A DNA stretch of 64,000 bases from an uncultured Candidatus Berkelbacteria bacterium (GTDB taxonomy: Bacteria; Patescibacteriota; UBA1384; UBA12157; JAENIV01): positions 798,131-862,130 of the forward strand of contig OY969116.1 of the NCBI GenBank assembly GCA_963698075.1. Direction: 5' to 3'. Under the pieces are notes generated by a model. That model had not been told where the DNA came from, made no database searches, and saw only the letters and a list, made by a program, of their open reading frames with translations. How positions within the stretch are numbered: the first letter of the stretch is position 1; each line of letters begins with the position of its first letter. Of the stretch, positions 44,056-53,955 are shown in pieces. A program made the translations under genes and the position numbers.

Positions 44056-45153
44056 ATGGAATTTAAAGATTATACCTACAAAGAGCCAAAAATTAAAACC
44101 AATATTGATGAAATTTTAAAGACCAACCGTCATGAACAATTAATTTTCGGGTTTGATCAAAAAACCGGCATGAGGGTGGTTTTAGCCATTCATGATACAA
44201 CTTTGGGACCAAGTACTGGTGGCATCAGAATGGCAGACGTCAATGAAGAAGAGGCCATCGAAGAAGCCCTGCGTCTTTCTTACGCGATGACTTTTAAAAA
44301 TGCAATTATTGACGAACCATTTGGCGGCTCAAAAGCAGTCGTCATTGGTGATCCGGACAAAGATAAATCTAAAACATTACTCTATGCGATTGGTGATTTT
44401 ATTCAATCAATGCGGGGGGCTTTTTTAACCGGCGTTGATATGGGTTTGAGTTTAGATGATGCTAAGATTATTAGAGAACGGACTGAGTATATTTTTAATA
44501 GTAGGGGTTGTTCTGGGGTAACCACGGCTCACGGAGTTTATAAAGGCATAAAGCAATGTCTAAAAGAGGTTTATGGCAATGATAATTTAGAGGGTAAAAC
44601 AGTCGCTGTCCAGGGATTAGGTTATGTCGGCGGTACTTTGGTTAAGTTATTAAGCAAACACAAGGTCAATTTGATTGTGGCTGATACCGATCCGGAAGCT
44701 CGAAAAGAAATACAATCAAAATACAAAGTTACGGTGATTGACACCAAAAAAATCTATGATGCTCATTGTGATGTTTTTGCACCATGTGCCGTCGGGGAAA
44801 TTCTCAATGATGATACCATTCCAAGATTAAAGTGTAAGATCGTCGCTGGTGGTGCCAATAATCAATTGGAAGACGAGATCAAACATTCAAAAATGTTGAT
44901 GGAGGCGGGAATTTTACATGCTCCTGACTTTATTATTAATGCTGGTGGGGTTTGCCATGGTATGGCCGAGGTTAAAGGGCAAGATTTATCGGTGGCCATG
45001 AAAAAAACTGATTTAATACCAGGACTATTAGCCAAAGCTTTTAAATTAGCCAGACAAAACAAAATCCCTCCAATGATGGTTGCCTATAATATGGCAGCGG
45101 AGAAAATTCTAAAGAAAAAAGAAGATTATGGAAAAAATCGCCGAAAGAACTAA
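44056..45153 (+). CDS. Glu/Leu/Phe/Val dehydrogenase (LeuDH-like)
   Basis: AIHDTTLGPSTGGIR, GGSKAV, VQGLGYVG, GGANNQL and PDFIINAGG. Confidence 0.92.
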   Translation: MEFKDYTYKEPKIKTNIDEILKTNRHEQLIFGFDQKTGMRVVLAIHDTTLGPSTGGIRMADVNEEEAIEEALRLSYAMTFKNAIIDEPFGGSKAVVIGDPDKDKSKTLLYAIGDFIQSMRGAFLTGVDMGLSLDDAKIIRERTEYIFNSRGCSGVTTAHGVYKGIKQCLKEVYGNDNLEGKTVAVQGLGYVGGTLVKLLSKHKVNLIVADTDPEARKEIQSKYKVTVIDTKKIYDAHCDVFAPCAVGEILNDDTIPRLKCKIVAGGANNQLEDEIKHSKMLMEAGILHAPDFIINAGGVCHGMAEVKGQDLSVAMKKTDLIPGLLAKAFKLARQNKIPPMMVAYNMAAEKILKKKEDYGKNRRKN

Positions 45154-46231
45154 ACAAATTAATGTTTCAGGAATCAGAGAGGCCTTTAAATTGGCCGATC
45201 AAATTAAAGGCCCAATTGATTTAAGTATTGGTCAGCCAGATTTTGATGTCCCTGCTCTCGTGAAAAAAGAAGCCATAAAAAATATTAAATCTGGATTCAA
45301 TCATTATACAATGACGGCTGGAATATTAAAGCTAAGAAAGAAAATTGCTGAAAAATTGGCCAAAAGAAATTCGATTAAAGTTTCGTCTGATGAAGTTATT
45401 GTGACGTCCGGCACTTCGGGCGGAATTTACCTATCCTATTTGACCTTGCTTAATCCCGGCGATGAAGTAATAATCTTTGAGCCATACTTTGCAAGTTTCA
45501 AAGAATTAGCAGTTTTAGTTGGCGCCAAACCAAAATTTGTCAGCACTTTTCCTGACTTCCAGCCAAAAATCGATTTACTGAAAAAAAGCATCAGTTCAAA
45601 AACTAAAATCATTGTTCTTAATAGTCCAAATAACCCAACTGGAGCAGTCTATCCCGAAAAAACAATCCGCGAAATTGTCAAAATCGCTCAAGAAAATGGA
45701 ATATATATCCTTTCAGACGAAGTTTATGAAGACTTTATTTATGAAGGTAAACATTTTAGCCCAGCAAGTATTTATAACAAGGTGATTACTTTAAATGGCT
45801 TCTCTAAATCGGCCTCAATGACTGGTTGGAGAATTGGATACGCAACCGGCCCTCAAGAAATTATTGCCCAAATGGCAAAATTGCAACAATTTACTTATGT
45901 TTGCGCTCCTTCTTTTGCTCAAAAAGCGGCAATCAAAGCCATCGATCTTGATAATTCCAATAACATCAAAGCATATAAGATTAAAAGGAACATTATTTAT
46001 AATGGCTTAAAAGATCAATATAATATTGTTAAACCCCAAGGCGCCTTCTATGCTTTTGTCAAAACTCCTATTTCTGAAGACAAATTTTTTAAAAAATTAA
46101 TCAAAAATAAAGTGATTGTTGTTCCTGGGAGTGCGTTCTCTAAATCAAAAGAATACCTTAGAATCTCATTTGCCAACAGTAACGAAAACCTCAAAAAGGC
46201 AGTCCAAATTTTCAACAAACTGAGCGTTTGA
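45128..46231 (+). CDS. PLP-dependent class I/II aminotransferase
   Basis: IGQPDF, NSPNNPTG, SDEVY and GFSKSASMTGWRIG. Confidence 0.92.
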   Translation: MEKIAERTKQINVSGIREAFKLADQIKGPIDLSIGQPDFDVPALVKKEAIKNIKSGFNHYTMTAGILKLRKKIAEKLAKRNSIKVSSDEVIVTSGTSGGIYLSYLTLLNPGDEVIIFEPYFASFKELAVLVGAKPKFVSTFPDFQPKIDLLKKSISSKTKIIVLNSPNNPTGAVYPEKTIREIVKIAQENGIYILSDEVYEDFIYEGKHFSPASIYNKVITLNGFSKSASMTGWRIGYATGPQEIIAQMAKLQQFTYVCAPSFAQKAAIKAIDLDNSNNIKAYKIKRNIIYNGLKDQYNIVKPQGAFYAFVKTPISEDKFFKKLIKNKVIVVPGSAFSKSKEYLRISFANSNENLKKAVQIFNKLSV

Positions 46232-46333
46232 TTTAATGCACCGTTCGTTTTTATTTGACTTGACACAGAAATCTATGTACAATAATTTTAGGAATCAAAA
46301 AAGCGAGGGGATTTTTGTATAGAAAGGGGCCTT

Positions 46334-47146
46334 ATGCCAAAGGGGACAAAAGTTTTGCTAGTTGACGATGACAAGATGCTTGTTGAACTCTATAAAGAAC
46401 GATTGGAGCTGGCTGGTTATCAAGTGGAAATTTCCCGCGATGGCGAAGAAGGCTTGGCCAAGATTCATCAGGTCAAGCCGGATTTAGTCCTTTTAGACAT
46501 TATGATGCCTAAGGTCAATGGCTACGAAGCTTTGGCCTCAATTAAAAGTGATCCCGCCACCAAGAATACTCCTGTCATCATCCTTTCCGCGTTAATGCGC
46601 GATATCAATAAAAGCAAGGCCATTGAATCAGGCGCCGACGATTACATTATCAAATCTGAAGCCATGCCGGCCGATGTCATTAAAAAAATTGAAGCAGTTT
46701 TAAAGAAATACAATAAATCAGTTCCCACTACCCCCTCGACTACGCCGGAGGAGCCTGAAAAACCGACTGTTGTCGAACCCCCACCAACGCCAACCACTCC
46801 CGGGCCACCGCCAGCTCCAATCGAACCGCCCCCCGTCGTGACTCCTCCTGAACCACCCAAAACAGAATCACGGCCCCAAGAAATTCAATTTGAACCCTTC
46901 GACTCCCTCGACTCAACTCGGGATAAATCCGCTCAGGGCAAGCCTGCCATTGGCGGACCAGATCTCAGTGTCCCAGCCGCTCCCCAAGCCGTGCCTCCGA
47001 CTCCCATAACCAATCAACCAGCTACCAATACACCGGCCGTGGAAACAAAACCCTCAGCGGTTGTTGTTTTCTTTTTGATTCTCATCGTCATTTTAATTTT
47101 AGGAAGCGACCTCTTTTTCTATCTGAGATATATGGCGGTAAGATAA
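46334..47146 (+). CDS. REC domain with a Pro-rich linker and a C-terminal TM anchor
   Basis: VLLVDDD, LLDIMMP, a Pro-rich stretch and VVVFFLILIVILILG. Confidence 0.85.
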   Translation: MPKGTKVLLVDDDKMLVELYKERLELAGYQVEISRDGEEGLAKIHQVKPDLVLLDIMMPKVNGYEALASIKSDPATKNTPVIILSALMRDINKSKAIESGADDYIIKSEAMPADVIKKIEAVLKKYNKSVPTTPSTTPEEPEKPTVVEPPPTPTTPGPPPAPIEPPPVVTPPEPPKTESRPQEIQFEPFDSLDSTRDKSAQGKPAIGGPDLSVPAAPQAVPPTPITNQPATNTPAVETKPSAVVVFFLILIVILILGSDLFFYLRYMAVR

Positions 47147-47170
47147 ATCCGATAATTTACAAGGAGCAAT

Positions 47171-47551
47171 ATGGAAAATAACAAAACAATTCTCTTGGTC
47201 GATGATGATTTGACGCTTAGAGAAATGTATGAAGAACGCATGAAGGTGGAGGGATTTAAAATTATTCAGGCCACCAATGGCGAAGAGGCGCTTGGGAAAG
47301 CTCGCGAAAACAAGCCAGACATCATTTTACTTGATATTATGATGCCTAAAGTCAATGGCTTCGATGTCTTAAAAGAATTGAAATCAAATCCTGAACTCAA
47401 AGATATTCCCGTGATCGTTCTGACTGCCTTAATTCAGGACGTTGATCGTGTTCAAGGTAAAAAATTAGGAGCAGCCGATTATATTGTTAAATCAGAAACC
47501 ATGCCCGGAGAAGTCATTGCCAAGATTAAAAATGCGATAGGACAGAAATAA
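47171..47551 (+). CDS. Single-domain response regulator (REC)
   Basis: ILLVDDD, LLDIMMP and DYIVK. Confidence 0.9.
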   Translation: MENNKTILLVDDDLTLREMYEERMKVEGFKIIQATNGEEALGKARENKPDIILLDIMMPKVNGFDVLKELKSNPELKDIPVIVLTALIQDVDRVQGKKLGAADYIVKSETMPGEVIAKIKNAIGQK

Positions 47552-48292
47552 CTAATAGTTCTCAAAGGGATTTGATCTCCCAAATCCCGATTCAGCTGGT
47601 AAGTTTATGGGCGCGCCATAAGTTTTCAGATTAAGAAATTTTCTGATGGTATCATCAGAAACTCGAATATTATCTAAAGTATTGGCAATAGAGACATTAC
47701 TTTTATAGAAAGCTACCCCGCTGATTTGGGCAATAAAGACTGTCTGTTTCTCTTTTTGAGTTATTTGTAGGCTGAGGTTTTTTAGACTAATGAGACGGCT
47801 ACTAGAATCAATGGCTCTAAGAAAATTCATAAAATCGGAAAATCCACCGGATAATTTCATTGTGAATTCTACTTCTTTTGCACCACTTGAAGGAGAGGTA
47901 CTAGTGCTTGGTTTGGGAGTGGGAGAAGCTTTTCCCGTTGTTGTCTCTTCAGAGGTCTGACTACTTGTTTTCGTTTTCTCCATCGAAGTTTCTTCAACTT
48001 TTAGATTATTAGCGCTGGCCATGGCGGTGAGTTCAATCACTAGCTCACCCGATTCCTGCTCGGTGGGAATGTAGTTTAAGGCGATCTGACCCACATTGGA
48101 AAGGTTTGGATTTTTCTTCAATTCTTCAAGAATTTTTTTCTTTTCTTCGACTTGGTTGAGGTCTCCTTTGGCCCGCTCCAAATCTTTCCAGGCTGACCAG
48201 ATAGATGTTACTACCGGTTTAATCGCCAAAAAACTAATCGCTCCGACGAGAATGATGGTGATACCTAAAATTGTAATTGGTCTTGTTTTCAT
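47552..48292 (-). CDS. pilO: Type IV pilus assembly protein, PilO-like
   Basis: N-terminal TM, coiled coil, LSGGFSDFMNFL..SRLISL and GRSNPF; follows pilM-pilN. Confidence 0.75.
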   Translation of the reverse strand: MKTRPITILGITIILVGAISFLAIKPVVTSIWSAWKDLERAKGDLNQVEEKKKILEELKKNPNLSNVGQIALNYIPTEQESGELVIELTAMASANNLKVEETSMEKTKTSSQTSEETTTGKASPTPKPSTSTSPSSGAKEVEFTMKLSGGFSDFMNFLRAIDSSSRLISLKNLSLQITQKEKQTVFIAQISGVAFYKSNVSIANTLDNIRVSDDTIRKFLNLKTYGAPINLPAESGFGRSNPFENY

Positions 48293-48855
48293 TGCGACAA
48301 ATTTACTTTTTCTAAATCAAACTCCAAAGTAAATCTCAATTTTTGGGCCTGGGCCGTTTGATCGGTTTGAAGACTAGAGCTTTTAAAATTAACATTCTTA
48401 AAGACAGGTGAATTTTCGAGCTTTTCCTTGAATTTAATAATTTCTCTTTCTGTCGTGGTATTACCCTGCAGAATAAAATTAGGAGACTTGCTCGTGTTGG
48501 CAGTTAAATTATCAAATTGAACATCAGAAGGGGCGCTGTTGGCCAATTCTTGCATCACTTGAGACCAAATAACACGAGTTTTATTAATAGTGTCTGTTGT
48601 ATTGGCGCGATCGTTGATGAGCAGTGCCAGATCTTCAAGATCCTTTGACTCTTCTAACTGACCAGTATTTTTTTCAACATTGCTTTTGGCGGCTGAAAGC
48701 CTATCTTTAATCGTGGCTTCAAGCGACCGGCCGATAATGGCGATGACAACAATCACAAGGGTAATCACAATACAAATCCCAATCAAGGAAGCATTGCGTT
48801 TGGCTTCAATTCGTCGAAGCTTAAGCTCGGGAGACAAAAGATTAATGTTAATCAT
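48289..48855 (-). CDS. pilN: Type IV pilus assembly protein PilN
   Basis: MININLLSPE motif, TM helix, then coiled coil. Confidence 0.85.
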   Translation of the reverse strand: MININLLSPELKLRRIEAKRNASLIGICIVITLVIVVIAIIGRSLEATIKDRLSAAKSNVEKNTGQLEESKDLEDLALLINDRANTTDTINKTRVIWSQVMQELANSAPSDVQFDNLTANTSKSPNFILQGNTTTEREIIKFKEKLENSPVFKNVNFKSSSLQTDQTAQAQKLRFTLEFDLEKVNLSQ

Positions 48856-48861
48856 GATTTC

Positions 48862-49788
48862 TCATATTTTCTTCATCGCCAATCCAATGACACTTGCGAA
48901 TTTTGGATTGTAAGTTTTTGTCTTAATTAATGGCCAACCAATTTCTGTCTTAATTTTTGTTGATTGTTCTATTGCCGAAGTAATGTTGGGAGTATTGGCA
49001 CCGCCTCCCGCTAAAATAATTTTTCTAAAGATTGTCGCTTGCCCTATACGATTTTGATAATATTTAATCAAATGAATAATTTCCGAGACTAAATTATTAA
49101 TGATGGGTTGAAAATCTTTGGCCAAATCATCGCCGCCACTCGATATCGTTGAAGTCAATTTAATGGTTGCTTGGTCAAAGCAGATGATGCTCGAGGTTTT
49201 GGCGCCAATATCTAAAATTAAATAGGGTCCAGCATCATTTTTACCAATCAAAGCCCTGACCACCGAAACCGGTTTGGTCTCCAGGCTCGAAAGTTCCAAT
49301 CCCGCCTGCTTCATCACCTCCGCAAATGAGTCGACAATTTTTTTGGGGGCGGCGACGACCAAGACATCAATGAGATTTTTACCTGGTAATTGACCGACAA
49401 TTTGCCAATCCATATACATTTCATTAGCGGGAATAGGGAAGAATTCGCCAGCCTGATAGGGAATATTTTTGTTGATTTCTTCAATTTTCATTGCCGGTAA
49501 ATCGATTGATTTAGTAAAAACCAATGATTCGGGTAGGGCCGCTGAGACTACTTTCGAAGAAATTGGGTGAGGCTTGGCTGATTTCATTGCCTGCCAAATT
49601 GCCTCGGTTGCTTTCTTTTGATCTTTGATGCCATCCTTACCTAAAGTTTTAGACTCAATTTTAACCTCTGCCACGCCCAAAAGTTTAGCGCCGGCACCCT
49701 CGCCTTTAAGCTGCATTACTTTTAAGCTTGAATAACCAATATCTAGACCGAAAATGGGCTTTTTTAATCCTAGAATTCCCTCGTACAA
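48862..49788 (-). CDS. pilM: Type IV pilus assembly protein PilM
   Basis: FGLDIGYSSLKVMQL, ILDIGAKTS and ILAGGGA (actin-like fold). Confidence 0.9.
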   Translation of the reverse strand: MYEGILGLKKPIFGLDIGYSSLKVMQLKGEGAGAKLLGVAEVKIESKTLGKDGIKDQKKATEAIWQAMKSAKPHPISSKVVSAALPESLVFTKSIDLPAMKIEEINKNIPYQAGEFFPIPANEMYMDWQIVGQLPGKNLIDVLVVAAPKKIVDSFAEVMKQAGLELSSLETKPVSVVRALIGKNDAGPYLILDIGAKTSSIICFDQATIKLTSTISSGGDDLAKDFQPIINNLVSEIIHLIKYYQNRIGQATIFRKIILAGGGANTPNITSAIEQSTKIKTEIGWPLIKTKTYNPKFASVIGLAMKKI

Positions 49789-49823
49789 AAATCCCTCCTC
49801 AACTTCGATTATATCATAATCGA

Positions 49824-49956
49824 AGAAATCCTAAATTCTAAGCACTAAATTCGAAACAATATCTAAATTCCTAAATCAGAATTTTAAAAAACATTTTGAT
49901 TTTTGGATTTGTTATTTGGAATTTGTTTGGGATTTCGGATTTAGGATTTCGGATTT
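49824..49956. repeat. AT-rich heptamer-periodic inverted-repeat element (copy 3)
   Basis: aaatcctaaattctaagcactaaattcgaa ... ttggaatttgtttgggatttcggatttaggatttcggattt. Confidence 0.65.
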
Positions 49957-49969
49957 CCCGCGAGGCGGG

Positions 49970-51241
49970 CTAGTATTCTTCTTCCCAATGATTAATTTCG
50001 ATTACTGGCGTTTCCGTAGGATTATCTAAAGCCGTATTAACAATGTCACTGTCGAAATGGATATTGACCGTACGAAAGCCAGAGATCCAGACCCTTCTGG
50101 CGATAATGCCACCGGTCAAATTGAGGATGTAGGGAATGGAAGAATCAATCTCGACTCGATCACCGGCATAAACCAAGCCAGTACCTTGAAAATTACCGGC
50201 AGTGCCAATGACAATATCGCGGCTACTCAAGACTCCTGCCGGACCTCCAGCAGGTACATTAACAAAAAGTTGTCCCAGGGTAATAGTAATGCTACCCGAA
50301 GCAGCAATTATCCCATTCATGGTGATGGTTCTTGCCCAATCAATATCCAAGGGTCCATCAATGAAGACCACTCCAGAAAAAGTATGGCTACCCAATTTGG
50401 GAATTAAATCTTTAAAATCTTTTTGCTTGGCAAAGTATTGATTGCCTTCAGGACTTTCGCCGGGAATATTTTTGGCTATATTTTTATAATATTCGAAATC
50501 AATTTCCGGAATTTTCTTGGTTTCCGCCCCTTCAAGAGGAGCACAACCCGGATTATCACCACATTGAGGCGTTTCCGGATCGCTATCGTCTTCAAACAAA
50601 CAATTACAATTGACAGTTGAATTTTTATTAACTACTTGATCACCGGCTTCAACCGTTTTTTCAACGTTAATAATTGATCCAAATTTAAAATTAATATCGC
50701 GATTGCTCAAGACACCGCCATTATAGATATTAACTGGGGCATACCAAAAATCACTATCAGCGATGGAAGAACCAGCGCCTGAACCAGTGGCATAAATCCC
50801 GCCATCATAGGGATAAGTTCGGTCATTCGCCTGGGCAATACCGACCTTAATTTCTCGCCTGGCGGTCCGTAAAGTTCCGATATGATAAGTCCCAATAGCA
50901 GTGACAATGGCCGAACCCCAAGCATTATTTTGAATCCTGACCTCATAACCACCTTGGGGAATCAGGGCTGTCTCGTGAGAAAAAATGGTCAAACCATCAG
51001 TGGTGGTCATAAATCGCTCTCGAATGTCGGGATCATATTGAACAAGATAAATTGCTTCTTGGACACCAGCTTCGGCCAAAGAAAAAGCCACTGCTGCCCC
51101 TTTATTGTTACGGGCAATGGTTAACTCACTAAATAAAGAACTAGCATAAAAATAAGTGGCAGTCACTAAGACCATCATCAAAATTAAGACCACAATACTG
51201 ACATAACCCTGTTGCCAATTTTGAATTTTTTTACTGTACAT
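49970..51241 (-). CDS. PilX-like minor pilin
   Basis: QQG|YVSIVVL prepilin-like site without Glu5; AFSLAEAGV motif. Confidence 0.75.
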   Translation of the reverse strand: MYSKKIQNWQQGYVSIVVLILMMVLVTATYFYASSLFSELTIARNNKGAAVAFSLAEAGVQEAIYLVQYDPDIRERFMTTTDGLTIFSHETALIPQGGYEVRIQNNAWGSAIVTAIGTYHIGTLRTARREIKVGIAQANDRTYPYDGGIYATGSGAGSSIADSDFWYAPVNIYNGGVLSNRDINFKFGSIINVEKTVEAGDQVVNKNSTVNCNCLFEDDSDPETPQCGDNPGCAPLEGAETKKIPEIDFEYYKNIAKNIPGESPEGNQYFAKQKDFKDLIPKLGSHTFSGVVFIDGPLDIDWARTITMNGIIAASGSITITLGQLFVNVPAGGPAGVLSSRDIVIGTAGNFQGTGLVYAGDRVEIDSSIPYILNLTGGIIARRVWISGFRTVNIHFDSDIVNTALDNPTETPVIEINHWEEEY

Positions 51242-51851
51242 TTCTTCCTAAAACTTTGGTTTGAAAAGGATAGGTGGTGGTACCATCAGAAATTTCTAAA
51301 TTGATTGTAATTACTTCTTCTCCCCAAAATTGTAAAGTGGTCATCTGTTGGGCTTTAATTTGATCCCTATCAATATATTCAGTTGGTTGCCCCCCGCCGG
51401 GAGCGAGCGTTGACCACAAAACCCAATTGGTGTCGGAAGCGCCACCGAAGGCATAATGGCTTAATATTCGATGAAGATCGGTCCCAACTAGTTTATAAGT
51501 GACATATTGAATTTTCCCCACCGCCTCACCCGAGGGTGAAGGCGAAGGGACCGGCGATGCGACGCCCACCGGCCAAAAATTATGGCCATCTTGAAATTTC
51601 AACTCCGAAGATGGTGTTCCCGAATCTGGATCAGCCGGCAGCACGGTCCAAATCTCGACGGCTTGGCGGATATCTCGCGTCATTCTTTCTAAGGCAATGC
51701 GGCCATTTTGGGTCAATTCCGCACTGACTAAATTTTTCTTGAAAGATTGGTAAGACATTGAATAAATAGCATAACCGGCCATCACAATTATTACCGACAA
51801 AAAAACGACCGCTAAAATTTCAACTAACGTAAATCCTTTTCTTTTTTTCAT
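51231..51851 (-). CDS. PilW-like minor pilin
   Basis: KG|FTLVE prepilin motif; LERMTRDIRQA. Confidence 0.8.
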   Translation of the reverse strand: MKKRKGFTLVEILAVVFLSVIIVMAGYAIYSMSYQSFKKNLVSAELTQNGRIALERMTRDIRQAVEIWTVLPADPDSGTPSSELKFQDGHNFWPVGVASPVPSPSPSGEAVGKIQYVTYKLVGTDLHRILSHYAFGGASDTNWVLWSTLAPGGGQPTEYIDRDQIKAQQMTTLQFWGEEVITINLEISDGTTTYPFQTKVLGRNVQ

Positions 51852-51852
51852 T

Positions 51853-52290
51853 TTAATGTTTTGCTTTGATTGAGGCTGTCTTAAAACTTTTATCTTGACC
51901 ATTTTCTTTCCAGGAAATGGTCACCGTGATTTGTTTCATATTACAAGGCAGTTCTTCAGTACAGATTCCTCCCTGATTGACATCGAGCAGATTAGCGTCA
52001 ATTAGCGAGATAACGATTTGTTTATTCCAATTGTGGAAAGGATTATCAAGGTCATCAGAATAGGGTGCGGGCGCGGGAGCGGGCGAACTAACTACCAAAT
52101 TATCATAGGAGATTGCCGATTCTTCATCCAAAAGTCCACTGGCAAGATTAGAGGCAATGGTCTCGTTGCGCGCTGTTTTGATAATCTTGATACTCGAGGC
52201 ATAAAAGCCGGCGATACCCAAAAGCCCAACTTCTAAAATAAAAACGGCCAATAAAACTTCAATTAGGGTGAAAGATGAACGCTTTTTCAT
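51853..52290 (-). CDS. PilV-like minor pilin
   Basis: SS|FTLIEVL prepilin motif; KQITVTISW. Confidence 0.8.
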   Translation of the reverse strand: MKKRSSFTLIEVLLAVFILEVGLLGIAGFYASSIKIIKTARNETIASNLASGLLDEESAISYDNLVVSSPAPAPAPYSDDLDNPFHNWNKQIVISLIDANLLDVNQGGICTEELPCNMKQITVTISWKENGQDKSFKTASIKAKH

Positions 52291-52715
52291 TGCAAATTAA
52301 TCACTCCTGCCGGTAAGATATTAATAGTTTTTGTGGCTCCTCCTAAATCAAGAATAATTGAACCATTATAATCAGGGGCGCCATCAATTCTAAAAGTAAT
52401 CGGATTAGAAATATTTAATTGCAAGGTGATATTCTCCGGCAGGATGATGGTTTCTAATTCATGATCGCCACCATCGACTTTAACTAATTGATAACTCACG
52501 GGTGGTGCGGTTGACTTGAAATAAATCCGATGTGGTTTTTGGGTGGTCACTGCTTCTTCTTGAGCTTGGCGAAGTTTGCTGGTTAATAACCTGGCTGCCC
52601 CCGAAAGTTGCCAACTGGGTAGAAAACTGTTTATTCCCATCACGGTTACTGCCGCCAAAATTCCGATTATCGCCATGACGATTAACATTTCCATTAAAGA
52701 AAAAGCCTTTTTCAT
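52287..52715 (-). CDS. FimT/GspH-like minor pilin
   Basis: KA|FSLMEML prepilin motif; LRQAQEEAV and ITFRIDG. Confidence 0.8.
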   Translation of the reverse strand: MKKAFSLMEMLIVMAIIGILAAVTVMGINSFLPSWQLSGAARLLTSKLRQAQEEAVTTQKPHRIYFKSTAPPVSYQLVKVDGGDHELETIILPENITLQLNISNPITFRIDGAPDYNGSIILDLGGATKTINILPAGVINLQ

Positions 52716-52719
52716 ATCT

Positions 52720-53949
52720 CTAAATAACGTTTACTAAGGAATATATCGGCATAATTACCGAGGCCACCACAAAACCAACACCGGTTCCGATAAGGATTAT
52801 TAAGATAGGCTCAACCAGAGTCGCTAGATTGGAGGTGATGTTTTCCACTTCTTTATCAAAAAAATTGGCCATGGAAAGAAGAACATAATCCAATTTGCCG
52901 CTTTTTTCACCGACGGCAATCAAGTGATAAATCATTGGCGGAAAGATTTTTTGTTTATCGAGCGTTGTGGAAAGTTGGACGCCGTTTTCAATATCTTTGG
53001 AAATTCTTTTGAAGGCATCTTTATAAAGGCGATTATTAATCACGCCTGAAACTGTTTCCACAATTTCCAACATCGGCAGTCCTGAAGCCACTAAAGTTCC
53101 CATCGTTCGAGTGAATCTGGCCATATAAATTTTGCGTGTCAGCGGTCCAATGAGAGGAATTTTAAGTTTAAAATTATCCCAGATCAGGCCGCCCGCAGCT
53201 GTTCTGGCCCAAAAACGAATGCCGAAAATTAAACCTAAAATCACCACCAGGAAAATGTACCAATAATTTATAATGGCATCGCTCGTCCCTAAAACTATTC
53301 GAGTGGTTATAGGCAATTCGGCGCCTAAATCCTGGAAAATGTTTTTAAGTTCCGGCACCACAAAAATTAACATTAAAATTACGATTGCCACTAGAGCGGA
53401 AACGACGACAATCGGATAGGTGACTGCCGCTTTAATTTTGGAAATCAAATCATAATCCTTTTGTAATTGTTCAGCCAAGCGCTCCAAAACCTCATCGAGT
53501 TTGCCGCTTTTCTCTCCCGAGCGGACGATGGAGATATAAAGTTTATTAAATATTTTTGGAAATTTCGCTAAGGTCTCTGAAAGGGCCTTACCTCCCTTGA
53601 CCTCACTGGCGATCTCGGCGATAGTTCGAGAAAAATAATCATTTTCGGTTTGTTCCTCTAATGCCGTAAAAGCCTCAACTAAGGGCAGACCGGCTTTAAT
53701 CATCATTGCCAACTGTTGGGTGAAAATGATTTTATCCTTCAAAGGAACGCGGTTGGAAATAAAAGGAATTTCAATCGATTTTTTGCTAATGCCGGGTAAT
53801 CCTGCTTCTTCTTTTTTCACATCCAAAACAAAAAGTTGGTGATTTTTGAGAATTTTTGCCGCCTCAGCTTCTGAACCTGCTTCAATCATACCTGTTTGAA
53901 TTTGGCCTTCCTTAGTTTTGGCACTTTTTGCATGATAAATATATTTCAT
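52720..53949 (-). CDS. pilC: Type IV pilus platform protein PilC (GspF family)
   Basis: FTQQLAMMIKAGLPL, GEKSGKLD twice and LVEPILI. Confidence 0.93.
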   Translation of the reverse strand: MKYIYHAKSAKTKEGQIQTGMIEAGSEAEAAKILKNHQLFVLDVKKEEAGLPGISKKSIEIPFISNRVPLKDKIIFTQQLAMMIKAGLPLVEAFTALEEQTENDYFSRTIAEIASEVKGGKALSETLAKFPKIFNKLYISIVRSGEKSGKLDEVLERLAEQLQKDYDLISKIKAAVTYPIVVVSALVAIVILMLIFVVPELKNIFQDLGAELPITTRIVLGTSDAIINYWYIFLVVILGLIFGIRFWARTAAGGLIWDNFKLKIPLIGPLTRKIYMARFTRTMGTLVASGLPMLEIVETVSGVINNRLYKDAFKRISKDIENGVQLSTTLDKQKIFPPMIYHLIAVGEKSGKLDYVLLSMANFFDKEVENITSNLATLVEPILIILIGTGVGFVVASVIMPIYSLVNVI

Positions 53950-53955
53950 AAAATC

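Noticed and set aside
44056-46231. Dehydrogenase and aminotransferase as daptide-type tailoring enzymes for the Thr-ending precursor
   Set aside because: They belong to the LeuDH and class I/II families, form a separate T-box-controlled unit, and are separated from the cassette by terminators and an opposite-strand gene
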